64,000 nucleotides of DNA, from contig DXCL01000026.1 in the NCBI GenBank assembly GCA_019115995.1, positions 159,522 to 223,521 of the forward strand, written 5' to 3'. This DNA comes from Candidatus Borkfalkia avistercoris (lineage in GTDB: Bacteria > Bacillota > Clostridia > Christensenellales > Borkfalkiaceae). Position 1 is the stretch's first letter. Every line of letters starts with the position of its first letter. This document shows positions 20,567-30,482 of the stretch, one piece after another. The notes beneath the pieces were generated by a model that saw nothing but the letters and a program-made list of their open reading frames with translations, had not been told where the DNA came from and searched no databases. The position numbers were made by a program, and so were the translations under genes.

Positions 20567-21052
20567 ATGTCCAAAACGAAAAAGATCATTATCATGTCGG
20601 GGCTGGTGCTGCTTCTTGCGGTGACGGCGGTGTTTAACTTCGTGCTTGCCGGCGCTGCGACCGATCCGGGCGAAGACGTAACGACGGCAAATTACTTTAC
20701 GACCTATCGCACCGAAAGAAACACGACGCGCAACGAAGAGCTTTTGCAGCTCGATTCCATCATCGAGAGCACGGAAGCCGGCTCCGAGGCTTATGAGGAA
20801 GCGATGGCTCTCAAAATAGAGATCGTCGGCATGATGGAGCGCGAGCTCCTTTTGGAAACGTACATCAAATCGATCGGCTATGCGGATGCGGTCGTGAGTA
20901 TCGGATTGGATTCCGACAATGTAAACGTATTTGTAAACGCGACCGAACTTGCCTATAACGATTTTCTCACCATCTATAACATTCTCACGGAAGAGGCCGG
21001 CTGCGACCCCGCGAACGTAAATATTATGCCTATAAATTCGGAAAATTCGTAA
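20567..21052 (+). CDS. spoIIIAH: Stage III sporulation protein AH
   Basis: N-terminal TM helix, NYFTTYRTER..TR, ETYIKSIGYADAVV. Confidence 0.9.
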   Translation: MSKTKKIIIMSGLVLLLAVTAVFNFVLAGAATDPGEDVTTANYFTTYRTERNTTRNEELLQLDSIIESTEAGSEAYEEAMALKIEIVGMMERELLLETYIKSIGYADAVVSIGLDSDNVNVFVNATELAYNDFLTIYNILTEEAGCDPANVNIMPINSENS

Positions 21053-21118
21053 AAACACTACCCAACCTCGAAAAAATATGGTATAATAATACCATAGAAG
21101 TTGTGGAGACGGATTTTT

Positions 21119-21463
21119 ATGGCGCTTTTTAAAAAGGTTCCCTCCGACGGGCACAAAGGAAAAGTATCTTACAATGCCGGCATTGTAAGCGGCATCGTAA
21201 GCCTTGCCGTTTCGGAAGTGGAAGGGGTGGAGCTCCTTTCGGGGAAGAGAAAAGGTCTGAAACTCTATTTCGAAAAAGACGGTATCTATGCGGATATTTC
21301 CGTAAAGGTCGACTACGGTTATACGGTGCCGGAGGTCGCCTTTAAAATTCAGCAGACGGTAAAGCATAACGTGGAGGCGATGACGAAATATAAGATCGCC
21401 AAGGTAGACGTTTATGTTGTCGGCGTTGAGTTTTCGGAGGAGCATCCCGCGGAGGCAAACTGA
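21119..21463 (+). CDS. Asp23/Gls24 family protein (YqhY-like)
   Basis: AVSEVEGV, VDYGYTVPEVAFKIQQTVKHNVEAMT; extended -10 TGgTATAAT at 21079-21087. Confidence 0.9.
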   Translation: MALFKKVPSDGHKGKVSYNAGIVSGIVSLAVSEVEGVELLSGKRKGLKLYFEKDGIYADISVKVDYGYTVPEVAFKIQQTVKHNVEAMTKYKIAKVDVYVVGVEFSEEHPAEAN

Positions 21464-21532
21464 CAGAAAAATGATATTCCCCTCGTTTTTCGGCGAGGGG
21501 AATATTTGAGTTTATAAAGGGCAAATAAGGTT

Positions 21533-21940
21533 ATGAGAAGCAAGGCGAGAGAAAGCGCTTTTAAGGTAATATTCGCTTCCGAATTTGCGGAAGATAACGA
21601 ATGCCGCCGCGCGGTATACAGGGCGGCGGAGCTGAACGATGAGGAAAAGGATTATGCGGACAAGCTTGTTTCCCTCGTTGCAGAGCATCGCGCAGAGCTG
21701 TCTGCCGTTTTAGACAAGCATGCCATAGGCTTTTCCGAAAGGAGAATGTTTCCGGTAGACAGGAGCATTCTGCTCATGGCGCTGGCTGAAATTTTTTATG
21801 TGAATGACGTGCCTTCCGTCGTCAGTATAGACGAAGCGGTGGGACTCGTTAAAAAATATTCGACCGAAAAGAGCGCCGGCTTCGTGAACGGCGTTTTGGC
21901 TGCGGTCATTGCGGGAGATAAAAATGAGCACATTGATTGA
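21533..21940 (+). CDS. nusB: Transcription antitermination factor NusB
   Basis: [32 protein letters not shown]. Confidence 0.94.
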   Translation: MRSKARESAFKVIFASEFAEDNECRRAVYRAAELNDEEKDYADKLVSLVAEHRAELSAVLDKHAIGFSERRMFPVDRSILLMALAEIFYVNDVPSVVSIDEAVGLVKKYSTEKSAGFVNGVLAAVIAGDKNEHID

Positions 21941-22766
21941 CGGAAAGGCTCTTGCGGCAAAGTTGCGCGGCGAGCTGAAAGAGAAAGTGGCGGAGTTCAA
22001 GCGCACAAAAGGCGAGATCGGGCTTGCGGTCGTTTTGGTGGGGGAAGATCCCGCCTCTCAGGTATATGTCCGAAATAAGATCAAGGCGTGCGAAGAGGTC
22101 GGCATCAGGTCGTACTCCTATCATCTGCCGGCGGAAACCTCACAGAGCGACGTGGAGGCGCTGATAGACGAACTGGTCGTTTCGGAAAAGATAGACGGCA
22201 TTCTCGTTCAGCTGCCGCTTCCCAAACATCTCGACGAGCGTAAGATTCTGCGCAGGATACCGCACACGAAAGATGTGGACGGCTTCTGCGCCGAAAACGT
22301 CGGAAATCTCGCGATGAACCGCGAAACGATCGTGGCATGCACGCCTTTCGGCGTCATGAAAATGCTCGAAGCGTACGGCATCGACCCGAAAGGAAAGTCT
22401 GCGGTCGTACTGGGGCGTTCCAACATCGTCGGAAAGCCGATGGCGATGCTCCTTGTCAATGCGGACGCGACCGTAACGGTTTGCCACAGCAAGACGCAAA
22501 ATTTAAAAGAGGTCTGCGCGGCGGCGGATATTTTGGTCGTTGCGATCGGCAAGGCGAAATTCGTGACCGCCGATATGGTCAAAGAGGGTGCCGTGGTCAT
22601 CGACGTCGGTATGGACAGAGATGAAAACGGAAAGCTTTGCGGAGACGTAGACTTTGAAAACGTAAAGGATAAAGCCTCGTATATTACGCCTGTTCCCGGA
22701 GGCGTCGGGCCTATGACGATAACGATGCTGCTGTACAATACATATATAGCGGCTTCAAGGAGATAA
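21924..22766 (+). CDS. folD: Methylenetetrahydrofolate dehydrogenase/cyclohydrolase
   Basis: [49 protein letters not shown]. Confidence 0.98.
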   Translation: MSTLIDGKALAAKLRGELKEKVAEFKRTKGEIGLAVVLVGEDPASQVYVRNKIKACEEVGIRSYSYHLPAETSQSDVEALIDELVVSEKIDGILVQLPLPKHLDERKILRRIPHTKDVDGFCAENVGNLAMNRETIVACTPFGVMKMLEAYGIDPKGKSAVVLGRSNIVGKPMAMLLVNADATVTVCHSKTQNLKEVCAAADILVVAIGKAKFVTADMVKEGAVVIDVGMDRDENGKLCGDVDFENVKDKASYITPVPGGVGPMTITMLLYNTYIAASRR

Positions 22767-22769
22767 AGC

Positions 22770-23654
22770 TTGACGGATTTTCAAGATAAGTTTAAAGAAT
22801 TCAGCGACGCGTTCGAGCGTTCGCTCGCGGAATATCTCGCTTCGGTTTCGTTCAAGCCGCAGGTGCTCGACGAAAGTTTCAGGTATTCGCTTTTGGTCGG
22901 AGGCAAGCGCGTGCGGCCCGTTCTGATGTTTGCGGGCGCGCAGATGCTTGGCGGTAAAATTTCGGACGTCGTCTCCCTGGCGATCGCCTTGGAGATGATC
23001 CATACATATTCCCTCATTCATGACGATCTTCCGGCGATGGACAACGACGATTTTCGCAGGGGGCAGCCTTCTTCTCATAAAAAATTCGGGGAAGGGCAGG
23101 CGATCCTGGCGGGAGACGCTCTGCTGAACAGGGCGTTCGAGATCTGTCTCGGAGAGGGTAAAAAGGGGCGGACGTATCTGAACGCGGCGATGCTCATCGC
23201 AAAAAATGCGGGGGCGGAGGGTATGATCGCAGGACAGGCGGCGGATCTCTATTTTCAGGGAAATACCGAAGCGAACGAAAAAGATTACGAATTTATAGCC
23301 CGCAATAAAACTGCGAAAATGTTTATGAGCGCCGTAGCGGTGCCCGCCTATGTATACGGCGCAGACGAAAATATCGTCTCGCTTTTGCTTGAATACGGCA
23401 AAAACCTCGGGTATTTGTTTCAGATCACCGACGATATGCTCGATGTTTCGGGCGAATTTGAAAAGCTCGGAAAAACGATCGGCAAAGACGAGCAGGAACA
23501 CAAAATTTCCGCCGTCAATATATACGGCATGGAAAAATGCAAAGAAAAGGCGGATTATTATTGCGATCTCTGCTTGAAGCTGCTCGGCCAACTTCCCTAT
23601 GAGTGCAGTTTTTTGGAAGAATTTACGCGCTTTGTGCGCGCGAGGGAAAAATAA
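22770..23654 (+). CDS. ispA: Farnesyl diphosphate synthase / geranyltranstransferase
   Basis: GGKRVRP, HTYSLIHDDLPAMDNDDFRRG, FQITDDMLD, GKTIGKD. Confidence 0.95.
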   Translation: MTDFQDKFKEFSDAFERSLAEYLASVSFKPQVLDESFRYSLLVGGKRVRPVLMFAGAQMLGGKISDVVSLAIALEMIHTYSLIHDDLPAMDNDDFRRGQPSSHKKFGEGQAILAGDALLNRAFEICLGEGKKGRTYLNAAMLIAKNAGAEGMIAGQAADLYFQGNTEANEKDYEFIARNKTAKMFMSAVAVPAYVYGADENIVSLLLEYGKNLGYLFQITDDMLDVSGEFEKLGKTIGKDEQEHKISAVNIYGMEKCKEKADYYCDLCLKLLGQLPYECSFLEEFTRFVRAREK

Positions 23655-24418
23655 TGCGCCTCGACAAATATTTGGCTGCCCATGGCTTTTCGTCAAGAAC
23701 GAAAGCCGCCCGAGCGATCTCGGACGGGCGCGTAATGCTCAACGGAAAGCTTGCCGCCGCTTCGGACGAAGTGCGTGAGGGCGACCTTGTTATTGTGGAA
23801 GATACAGAAGTCTCCTTCGTTTCGGAAGGAGGCTTCAAGCTTTATAAGGCGTTGCGGGATTTCGGCGAAAGCGTCGGGGGCGGGGTCTTTGCGGACATCG
23901 GGGCGAGCACGGGCGGCTTTACCGATTGCCTTTTACAGGGCGGCGCGAAAAGAGTGTATGCGATCGACGTCGGCGAGAGCCAGCTCGACGAAAAGCTGCG
24001 GAAAGATCCGCGGGTCTGCGTGATGGATAAGTGCAATGCGAGGTATCTGAAAAGAGAAGATCTCGCGGAGAAAATAGATGGCGTTGCGATAGACGTAAGC
24101 TTTATTTCTTTAAAACTGTTGTTTGAGGCGGTTTCCGGGATATTGCCGGAGTACGGGCGATTGTTTGCTCTTATCAAGCCGCAGTTTGAATGCGGCCCGA
24201 AAGCACTCGATAAACACGGTGTCGTAAAGAGCTCTCGGGACAGGTCAAACGCCGTGATTTCGGTATGCAATGAAGCTGCAAAGTATGGGCTGTACGTTAA
24301 AAATCTGACTTGTGCGCCGCTCAAACCTCGTAAAAATATTGAGTATATGGCGCTGTTTACAAAGAACGATAAAGATCTGCTCACGAACGAGGCTCTGGAA
24401 ATCAAAAGCCGGATATGA
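23654..24418 (+). CDS. tlyA: TlyA family rRNA 2'-O-methyltransferase
   Basis: MRLDKYL S4 domain, DIGASTGGFTDCLLQ, DVSFISL, LIKPQFE. Confidence 0.95.
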   Translation: MRLDKYLAAHGFSSRTKAARAISDGRVMLNGKLAAASDEVREGDLVIVEDTEVSFVSEGGFKLYKALRDFGESVGGGVFADIGASTGGFTDCLLQGGAKRVYAIDVGESQLDEKLRKDPRVCVMDKCNARYLKREDLAEKIDGVAIDVSFISLKLLFEAVSGILPEYGRLFALIKPQFECGPKALDKHGVVKSSRDRSNAVISVCNEAAKYGLYVKNLTCAPLKPRKNIEYMALFTKNDKDLLTNEALEIKSRI

Positions 24419-24434
24419 TTGTGCAGGCGGGAAA

Positions 24435-24950
24435 ATGAGGAATAAATATCAAAAAATTTTAGTCGTCGGCAACGGCGGCGCGGGGAAGAGTACGCTTTCC
24501 CGCGGGATCGGGAGCGCTCTGAACCTGCCGGTCGTGCATTTGGATCGGCTGTGGTGGCTAAACGGGTGGGAGCATCGTACCGCCGAGGAGTTTGACAGCC
24601 TTTTGGAATCGGAACTGAAAAAATCCGCATGGGTGATGGACGGCAATTATCGCAGGACTTTTGAGTGCAGGCTGGCGTATGCGGATTTGTGCATCGTGTT
24701 GGATATACCTTCCGAGCTCTGCATGCAGAGCGTTTTCGATCGCGCGAAGGAATATGAGGTCAAGGCGCGTCCCGATATGGCGGAGGGCTGTACGGAGGTC
24801 GTTCGGGAAGATTTTATAAAGTGGATACGGTCTTATAAAAAAGATGTTTTGCCTTCCATGCTTGCGATCTTGCATGCGAAAAACGTACCGTATCTCGTGT
24901 TTACGGACAAGGAACAGGCGAGCAGGTGGCTCCTGTCCGTATCGGGATAA
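24435..24950 (+). CDS. FlaR-like P-loop kinase ('topology modulation protein')
   Basis: GNGGAGKSTL, HLDRLWW, WVMDGNY, RPDMAEGC. Confidence 0.88.
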   Translation: MRNKYQKILVVGNGGAGKSTLSRGIGSALNLPVVHLDRLWWLNGWEHRTAEEFDSLLESELKKSAWVMDGNYRRTFECRLAYADLCIVLDIPSELCMQSVFDRAKEYEVKARPDMAEGCTEVVREDFIKWIRSYKKDVLPSMLAILHAKNVPYLVFTDKEQASRWLLSVSG

Positions 24951-24981
24951 AAAAAGAGAGAGCGGAGCTCTCTCTTTTTTT
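24949..24981. terminator. Bidirectional terminator overlapping both convergent stop codons
   Basis: aaaaaaagagagagc-gga-gctctctcttttttt. Confidence 0.9.
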
Positions 24982-26875
24982 ATTGTTTGTTACTGTGATA
25001 GCTGTAAAAGATTGCAAACAACGGAATAATGAACACAAAAATACAGGGCAGGATCCCGTATTTGAGTATCTGCACGAATGTGACGCCCGTATTTGCGTTA
25101 TAAATGATGAGATAAGCGATCAGGCAGATGATAATTACGAGGTTTGCGAATAATATCAGACTTGCCGAAATGTAAGATCTTGACTGTGTTTTTCTGCTGT
25201 TTTTTCCGTAACCTTTCAGATACAGGAAAAGGAAAACGCCGAACATGACGAATGTCGCTACAAAAGGCAGAACAACATAGGCGGGGTGCGAATCGATCGC
25301 ACCGCGGATACAGAGGTTGACGATGCACTCGATCAGCGCGATGACGAACACATAGAGCGCGCTCATAAAAAGGGCTTTTCCCTTGTCGAATACGTTTCCG
25401 ACCGTCTTGGCGGGGGTATTGCGGTTGCGGGCCCCGTTGGAGGTAGTGATGCGTATTCCGTCGTTTTCCGCGTGCTCCGCAATGTCATAAAATTCTACGT
25501 TGCTTGCGGGAGCCGCGTCGGTATATACCTGTTCGGCGTGCGCTGCGGTGTCCTGTGCAACGTCGGTCGGCTGCGGCTCGGGCGTCGGTTCGCTTTGCTG
25601 CATGTCCGCGGTTTCGTAACCGACGGGCGGCACTTCTTCCTGCGGGGGAACTTCGTAATAAGGCTCCTCGGGTTCGTGCCTTGTATTATCGTACAGGCGG
25701 GAGAGCAGGTCTTTATAATTGCGCTCCGCGGGAGAGCGGTTGGAATAGAGCAGTTCCGATGAGATCGCTCGGTTTTCCAGATATGTATCGTCGTATTCGG
25801 TCGCTGCCTGTCCGCCATACGGCGATGTTTCTTCCTGCGGCGGAGTTTCGTTCTGATAAACGGGCTCCTGTACGGGGGCGGTCTCAGCTGCCGAAGCTGC
25901 GGCGGATTCGCGCTGCTCTCTGTTCTGGCGGGCGACCTGCACATAATAGTATGCGGTGGCGTCGTCTTCGTCGCCGACGAGATTGCGGTAGTTTTCATGC
26001 TGAATGCGCCGCTGTTCTTCGTCGATCCAGGGATCGTGCTGTGCGGGAGATGGCTCCGACTCGTTGCTTTCTTGTACGCTTTGGCTGTATGTATAAGAGG
26101 AGCGGGCTTCGGCCGCCTGCTGCGGCTCGGGATCGGTTTGCGCCGTTCCGCTCTGATTTACGGATGCATCCTGCTCGGCTTCGGTATACACGTTTTCGAT
26201 AGGGTAGGGGACATTTTCATAGCTCTCGTCTGTCTGTACGACGGAAACGCTCTCCCGATTGTCCGATTCCGGGACCGTCTGCTGCGCGGCGGCAGATTCT
26301 TCGGTGGAGGCTCCCTCCTCCGTTGCGGTATCTGCGGACGTGCTTGCGGAAATTTCCTCGATCTCTTCGTGAGCGTCTGCCGACGGAGCTTCTTCGTTAT
26401 AGGCTTCGAGGTCGATATCGTCGTGCGACAGGTCGCCCGAAGAGCGCACTCGCGTGGTAGACTTTTTCAGAAGGGAAAAGTCTACTGCGGAGGGCGGAGG
26501 ATTGCTGAAATCATAATCCTTTTCGGAGATCAAACTGTCGATCACGGTACGGGAATATTCCCATTCCGCAAGGTTTTGCTCGACAATTTTTTTGCCCTTA
26601 TCGGTTATCTGAAAGTATTTTCTGCGCCCGCCGTTGGATACGCCTCCCCAATACGAGGTAACAAAATCCTGACTTTCCAGCCGTTTTAAGGCGCTGTACA
26701 GGGTGGGCTGTTTGAGCGAATACTGACCTTTGCTCTTTTCCTCGATCTCGTTAATGATCTCGTAGCCGTATTTATCCCCGTCGTACAGTGTTCGCAAAAT
26801 GATCGTATTGATGTGCCCGCGGATCAGATCGCTGCTGATCGCGGATACGTTTTCGTTTTCATTTGTGGGATCCAT
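24980..26875 (-). CDS. PadR-family wHTH fused to a long acidic disordered region and four C-terminal TM helices
   Basis: DLIRGHINTIIL..L..GDKYGYEI...I..KS.GQYSLKQPTLYSALKRLE...RRKYFQIT.KG; E/Q/P/A/S-rich middle; four hydrophobic segments from about aa 500. Confidence 0.88.
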   Translation of the reverse strand: MDPTNENENVSAISSDLIRGHINTIILRTLYDGDKYGYEIINEIEEKSKGQYSLKQPTLYSALKRLESQDFVTSYWGGVSNGGRRKYFQITDKGKKIVEQNLAEWEYSRTVIDSLISEKDYDFSNPPPSAVDFSLLKKSTTRVRSSGDLSHDDIDLEAYNEEAPSADAHEEIEEISASTSADTATEEGASTEESAAAQQTVPESDNRESVSVVQTDESYENVPYPIENVYTEAEQDASVNQSGTAQTDPEPQQAAEARSSYTYSQSVQESNESEPSPAQHDPWIDEEQRRIQHENYRNLVGDEDDATAYYYVQVARQNREQRESAAASAAETAPVQEPVYQNETPPQEETSPYGGQAATEYDDTYLENRAISSELLYSNRSPAERNYKDLLSRLYDNTRHEPEEPYYEVPPQEEVPPVGYETADMQQSEPTPEPQPTDVAQDTAAHAEQVYTDAAPASNVEFYDIAEHAENDGIRITTSNGARNRNTPAKTVGNVFDKGKALFMSALYVFVIALIECIVNLCIRGAIDSHPAYVVLPFVATFVMFGVFLFLYLKGYGKNSRKTQSRSYISASLILFANLVIIICLIAYLIIYNANTGVTFVQILKYGILPCIFVFIIPLFAIFYSYHSNKQ

Positions 26876-26896
26876 TTTAAACCCTCCTTCGACAAT

Positions 26897-26925
26897 ATTA
26901 TATATTATTTTCTATAAACTGTCAA
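26897..26925 (-). promoter_or_regulatory. Perfect-consensus sigma-A promoter of the PadR-TM gene
   Basis: TTGACA-17-TATAAT on minus strand, followed by AAGGAGG SD. Confidence 0.88.
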
Positions 26926-27094
26926 GTGAAAAATGAAATTCATTGCCGAATTCATTTATTTACAAAGTAGTATGCCAGATATAATAAATGTCGGAATCGG
27001 TTTTCATCGAACGGAAAAAGGGTGTAAAAGCAATGGACATTTTTTGAGATTTGTAGTAAAATTTTATAAGCGAATTTATGAGGCGGGAGTACGA

Positions 27095-27835
27095 ATGAGC
27101 GACGTAAAGAATGTAATGGAAGAAGCCGGAACCGTAAAAAATTACGAAGCTGATTTTATGCAGGAGATCAAGCCCTCTGCGATCTTAGGGCGTTTTCAGG
27201 AGATCGCGGCAGAGCATGCGGAGCATTTGGGCTTCGGCGATTCTTTGCTGCGCAAAGACGGTATGTTTTGGGTGCTTTCCAAAATATATGTAGAGGTTTT
27301 GCGTAAGCCCGTATATTTGGAAGAGATCAAAACTGTAACTTGGCCGCATGCGCCGAATAAGGCGATTTTTGAGCGCAGCTTTTCAATAGAGAGCACAAGC
27401 GGAGAACGGCTGATCAATGCCTTTTCGCGTTGGTGCATACTGAACGCGCAGGGCAGGATTGTGCCTGCGTCGCGCATACCTTGCAAAACGGATCGGTTTA
27501 TCGAGGAAAGAAGCGTGACGTTTGAAGATTGGGCGGTACCTGAGTGTGGAGCGCGCGGTGTTCCGGATTTTTCTTTGAAAATTGCAAATTCCGAATATGA
27601 TTTGAATTATCATGTGAACAATATCAAATATGCCGATTATATTTTTAATTGTTTTTCGGTGGAAGAATTAAAGAGGTCAAGACTTCGGAGTTTTCAGATC
27701 CATTATATAAAGCAAAGCCACGAGGGAGATGTTTTGTCTTTTTACAGAAAGGAACTTTCCCCCGGCGTATTTGCGGTAGAGGGTGTAAAAAACGGAGCGG
27801 AGACAGTGGTCGCGGCGAGGGTTTGCTTTGCTTGA
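27095..27835 (+). CDS. Acyl-ACP thioesterase (FatA-like double hotdog)
   Basis: FQEIAAEHAEHLG, WVLSK, TWP, DLNYHVNNIKY; start at ATG 27095; TGGACA-17-TAAAAT promoter at 27034-27062. Confidence 0.9.
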   Translation: MSDVKNVMEEAGTVKNYEADFMQEIKPSAILGRFQEIAAEHAEHLGFGDSLLRKDGMFWVLSKIYVEVLRKPVYLEEIKTVTWPHAPNKAIFERSFSIESTSGERLINAFSRWCILNAQGRIVPASRIPCKTDRFIEERSVTFEDWAVPECGARGVPDFSLKIANSEYDLNYHVNNIKYADYIFNCFSVEELKRSRLRSFQIHYIKQSHEGDVLSFYRKELSPGVFAVEGVKNGAETVVAARVCFA

Positions 27836-28472
27836 TCTGGTTTATCGGGTAGAAAAGAGCCGCCGCAAGACGATTTCTCTGTTGGTCAGAGAAGGGAAGG
27901 TGATCGTTCGGGCGCCGTACGGCATGGCTGATGAAACGATCGATCGGTTTGTCCGCGAGCATGAAAAATGGATCGCTTCCAAGCTTTTCGCTGCGGAGAG
28001 GATCTCTTCAAAATTTTGTGCCGTAAAAGAAGGTCGCTCGCTCCTTATCGACGGGATCGAACATGCGCTCGTTTTGGGAGCAAGGAGAAATCGTGAAGAA
28101 AACGGCGTCGTCTATTTAAAAAATTTAAAGAGTATGCACGGCTTTTTTGAAAAAACGCGATCTTTTTTGCTCGTGGAAAAGACCGCTCTGCTTTCCAAAT
28201 CGGTCGGACTGTTTCCGAACGACGTTGCCGTGCGCGATTTCAAAGCGCGCTGGGGCAGCTGCGACGCGGAGCATGCGATAAAGCTGAATTGGCGGCTGTC
28301 TATGTTGCCGACGGATTTGCAGGAATATGTGATCGTGCATGAACTGTGTCATATCGCGCATCTTGATCATTCCCCGGCTTTTTGGCGGGAGGTGGAAAAG
28401 GTGCTTCCCGATCAGGCGGCGAGGAAAAAGCGGTTGAAAGAATTTTCTTTTTTGACTCTTTTGTATAGATGA
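27828..28472 (+). CDS. YgjP/DUF45 (M48/SprT-like) metal-dependent hydrolase
   Basis: RRKTISL, VRAP, ARWGSC, LNWRL, YVIVHELCH..HLDHSPAFW. Confidence 0.9.
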   Translation: MLDLVYRVEKSRRKTISLLVREGKVIVRAPYGMADETIDRFVREHEKWIASKLFAAERISSKFCAVKEGRSLLIDGIEHALVLGARRNREENGVVYLKNLKSMHGFFEKTRSFLLVEKTALLSKSVGLFPNDVAVRDFKARWGSCDAEHAIKLNWRLSMLPTDLQEYVIVHELCHIAHLDHSPAFWREVEKVLPDQAARKKRLKEFSFLTLLYR

Positions 28473-28555
28473 CTGCGGCGTATATCCTGCCGTGTAAAAT
28501 TTTTCGTACGATAGAAATGAAATAAGCAGCGATGTGTTGCGTCCAGGGGGTGCAA

Positions 28556-29020
28556 ATGAAACCGGATGTTTTGAAGTTTATAAAACGGATCAAAAGGCTA
28601 TTTGTTTTTACGAGCTTAGTGCTGCTTATTTTGGCCATGGTGTTTTTGATTTGGGGGATAGTGGGGGCGGCCCTCTATTTTATCGCTTTCGCTTTATGCG
28701 CCGTCGGTTTCATAGCGGCGCTTGTGCTGTATCTTTCAAAAGTAAAATATGCGATCGCTTACGAGCTCGGTTTTTCGGGCGGCGTTATTACGGTAAAGGT
28801 GAAAGGCGGAACGTATACATTTTCGCCGGAGAACGTGAAAAAAGTGCGCTATGACCGATCAAAATATATCGTTTATTTTCAGAAAGACGGGGAAAGCGAT
28901 CACTTTATATTTCTCAGGAATGTGCCGTTTGACCGTTTCAGGGCGGAGCAGTTCCGCGAGGAGGAAATAGCGGCGTTTTTTCCGAAGCTTTCCGGCGGCG
29001 CGCCGCCGGAAAGAAAATGA
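28556..29020 (+). CDS. Hypothetical membrane protein (2 TM plus beta-rich soluble domain)
   Basis: Two hydrophobic helices, GGGGG SD before ATG 28556. Confidence 0.65.
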   Translation: MKPDVLKFIKRIKRLFVFTSLVLLILAMVFLIWGIVGAALYFIAFALCAVGFIAALVLYLSKVKYAIAYELGFSGGVITVKVKGGTYTFSPENVKKVRYDRSKYIVYFQKDGESDHFIFLRNVPFDRFRAEQFREEEIAAFFPKLSGGAPPERK

Positions 29021-29028
29021 TGTGCCTT

Positions 29029-29083
29029 TTTGTGAATATGCATAAAAACGTGAATATTCGTGCATATTTATAAATTATATGCA
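29029..29083. promoter_or_regulatory. Cluster of ARG-box-like (ArgR) sites
   Basis: TGAATAttcgTGCA (29051-64), TGCATAtttATaaa (29061-74) and further TGCATA/TATGCA half-sites upstream of argG. Confidence 0.6.
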
Positions 29084-29132
29084 AAAATATTAAGTTCATT
29101 TTGAATAATTCAAAAATATATCTTTCAAACGC

Positions 29133-29161
29133 TTGACTTAATGATATAATCATTGTATAAT
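29133..29161 (+). promoter_or_regulatory. sigma-A promoter of the arg operon
   Basis: TTGACT-17-TATAAT. Confidence 0.8.
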
Positions 29162-29192
29162 TTTCACAGTTTCATAAAAGGAAAGAACGCAA

Positions 29193-30413
29193 ATGGAAAA
29201 GAAGATCAAAAAAGTTGTTCTTGCATACTCGGGCGGCTTGGATACGTCCATCATCATTCCGTGGCTCAAAGAGAATTATGACAACTGCGAAGTCATCGCG
29301 GTTTCCGCGGACGTAGGGCAGGAGAGCGAGCTCGAAGGCCTGGAAGAAAAGGCGATCAAAACGGGCGCGTCTAAGCTTTATATCGAAGACTTGCGCAAAG
29401 AGTTTATTGAAGATTACATCTATCCCACGGTAAAAGCCGGGGCGGTGTATGAAAACAAATATCTGCTTGGAACGTCTTTTGCCCGTCCCGTGATCGCGAA
29501 GCGCATCGTTGAGATCGCCAAAAAGGAAGGGGCAGACGCGATTTGCCACGGCTGTACCGGCAAGGGGAACGATCAGGTTCGCTTTGAACTGACCATCAAA
29601 GCGTTCGCGCCCGAAATGACGATCATCGCGCCTTGGCGCATCTGGAATATAAAGAGCCGCGACGAGGAGATCGATTATGCCGAAGCGCATAAGATCCCTC
29701 TGAAAATCACGCGCGAAACGAACTATTCCAAAGATAAAAACCTGTGGCACCTTTCCCATGAGGGTATGGATCTGGAAGATCCCGCAAACGAGCCGCAGTA
29801 CGATAAGATTTTGGAGCTCGGCGTATCCCCTGAAAAGGCGCCCGATCAGCCGACGTATGTAACGCTTACCTTTGAAAAGGGTATTCCCGTCGCCGTGAAC
29901 GGCAAAAAGTTGGGATCGATCGAGATTATCGAAACGCTCAACAAGATCGGCGGGGCGAACGGCGTAGGGATTGCGGATCTTGTTGAAAACCGTCTCGTCG
30001 GCATGAAGAGCCGCGGCGTGTATGAGACCCCCGGCGGTACGATCCTCTATGCCGCGCACGAAATTTTGGAGAGCATCTGCCTCGACAAGGAAACGCAGCA
30101 TTTTAAACAGCACGTTGCCATCAAATTCGCCGACCTCGTTTATAACGGGCAGTGGTTTACGCCGCTTCGCGAAGCGCTCTCCGCTTTTGTAGATAAAACG
30201 CAGGAAAACGTGAGCGGCGAAGTCAGGCTCAAAATATACAAGGGCAACGTTATCAATGCCGGGGTGAAGAGCGAGCATTCTCTGTACAGCGAAGAGATCG
30301 CGACTTTCGGCGAGGAAGACGTTTACAACCAGCACGATGCGGAAGGCTTTATCAATCTGTTCGGTCTGCCTATTAAAGTGAAGGCGTTGCTCGATCAGAA
30401 AAAACTGAAATAA
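29193..30413 (+). CDS. argG: Argininosuccinate synthase
   Basis: [39 protein letters not shown]. Confidence 0.99.
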   Translation: MEKKIKKVVLAYSGGLDTSIIIPWLKENYDNCEVIAVSADVGQESELEGLEEKAIKTGASKLYIEDLRKEFIEDYIYPTVKAGAVYENKYLLGTSFARPVIAKRIVEIAKKEGADAICHGCTGKGNDQVRFELTIKAFAPEMTIIAPWRIWNIKSRDEEIDYAEAHKIPLKITRETNYSKDKNLWHLSHEGMDLEDPANEPQYDKILELGVSPEKAPDQPTYVTLTFEKGIPVAVNGKKLGSIEIIETLNKIGGANGVGIADLVENRLVGMKSRGVYETPGGTILYAAHEILESICLDKETQHFKQHVAIKFADLVYNGQWFTPLREALSAFVDKTQENVSGEVRLKIYKGNVINAGVKSEHSLYSEEIATFGEEDVYNQHDAEGFINLFGLPIKVKALLDQKKLK

Positions 30414-30482
30414 AACAGAATATTTTTATGTGGCGCTCTGCTTTGCGGGGCGCCGCGGACTGTTGCGGAGAGGGCAGAGGGC

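Noticed and set aside
27828-28472. DUF45/YgjP protein as a marker of a restriction or defence locus
   Set aside because: No hsd or other defence genes nearby; it is coupled to a thioesterase in housekeeping context
29139-29155. Fur-box-like aatgat...atcatt
   Set aside because: Half-sites are separated by 3 nt rather than 1, so it does not fit the Fur consensus; kept only as an unassigned palindrome
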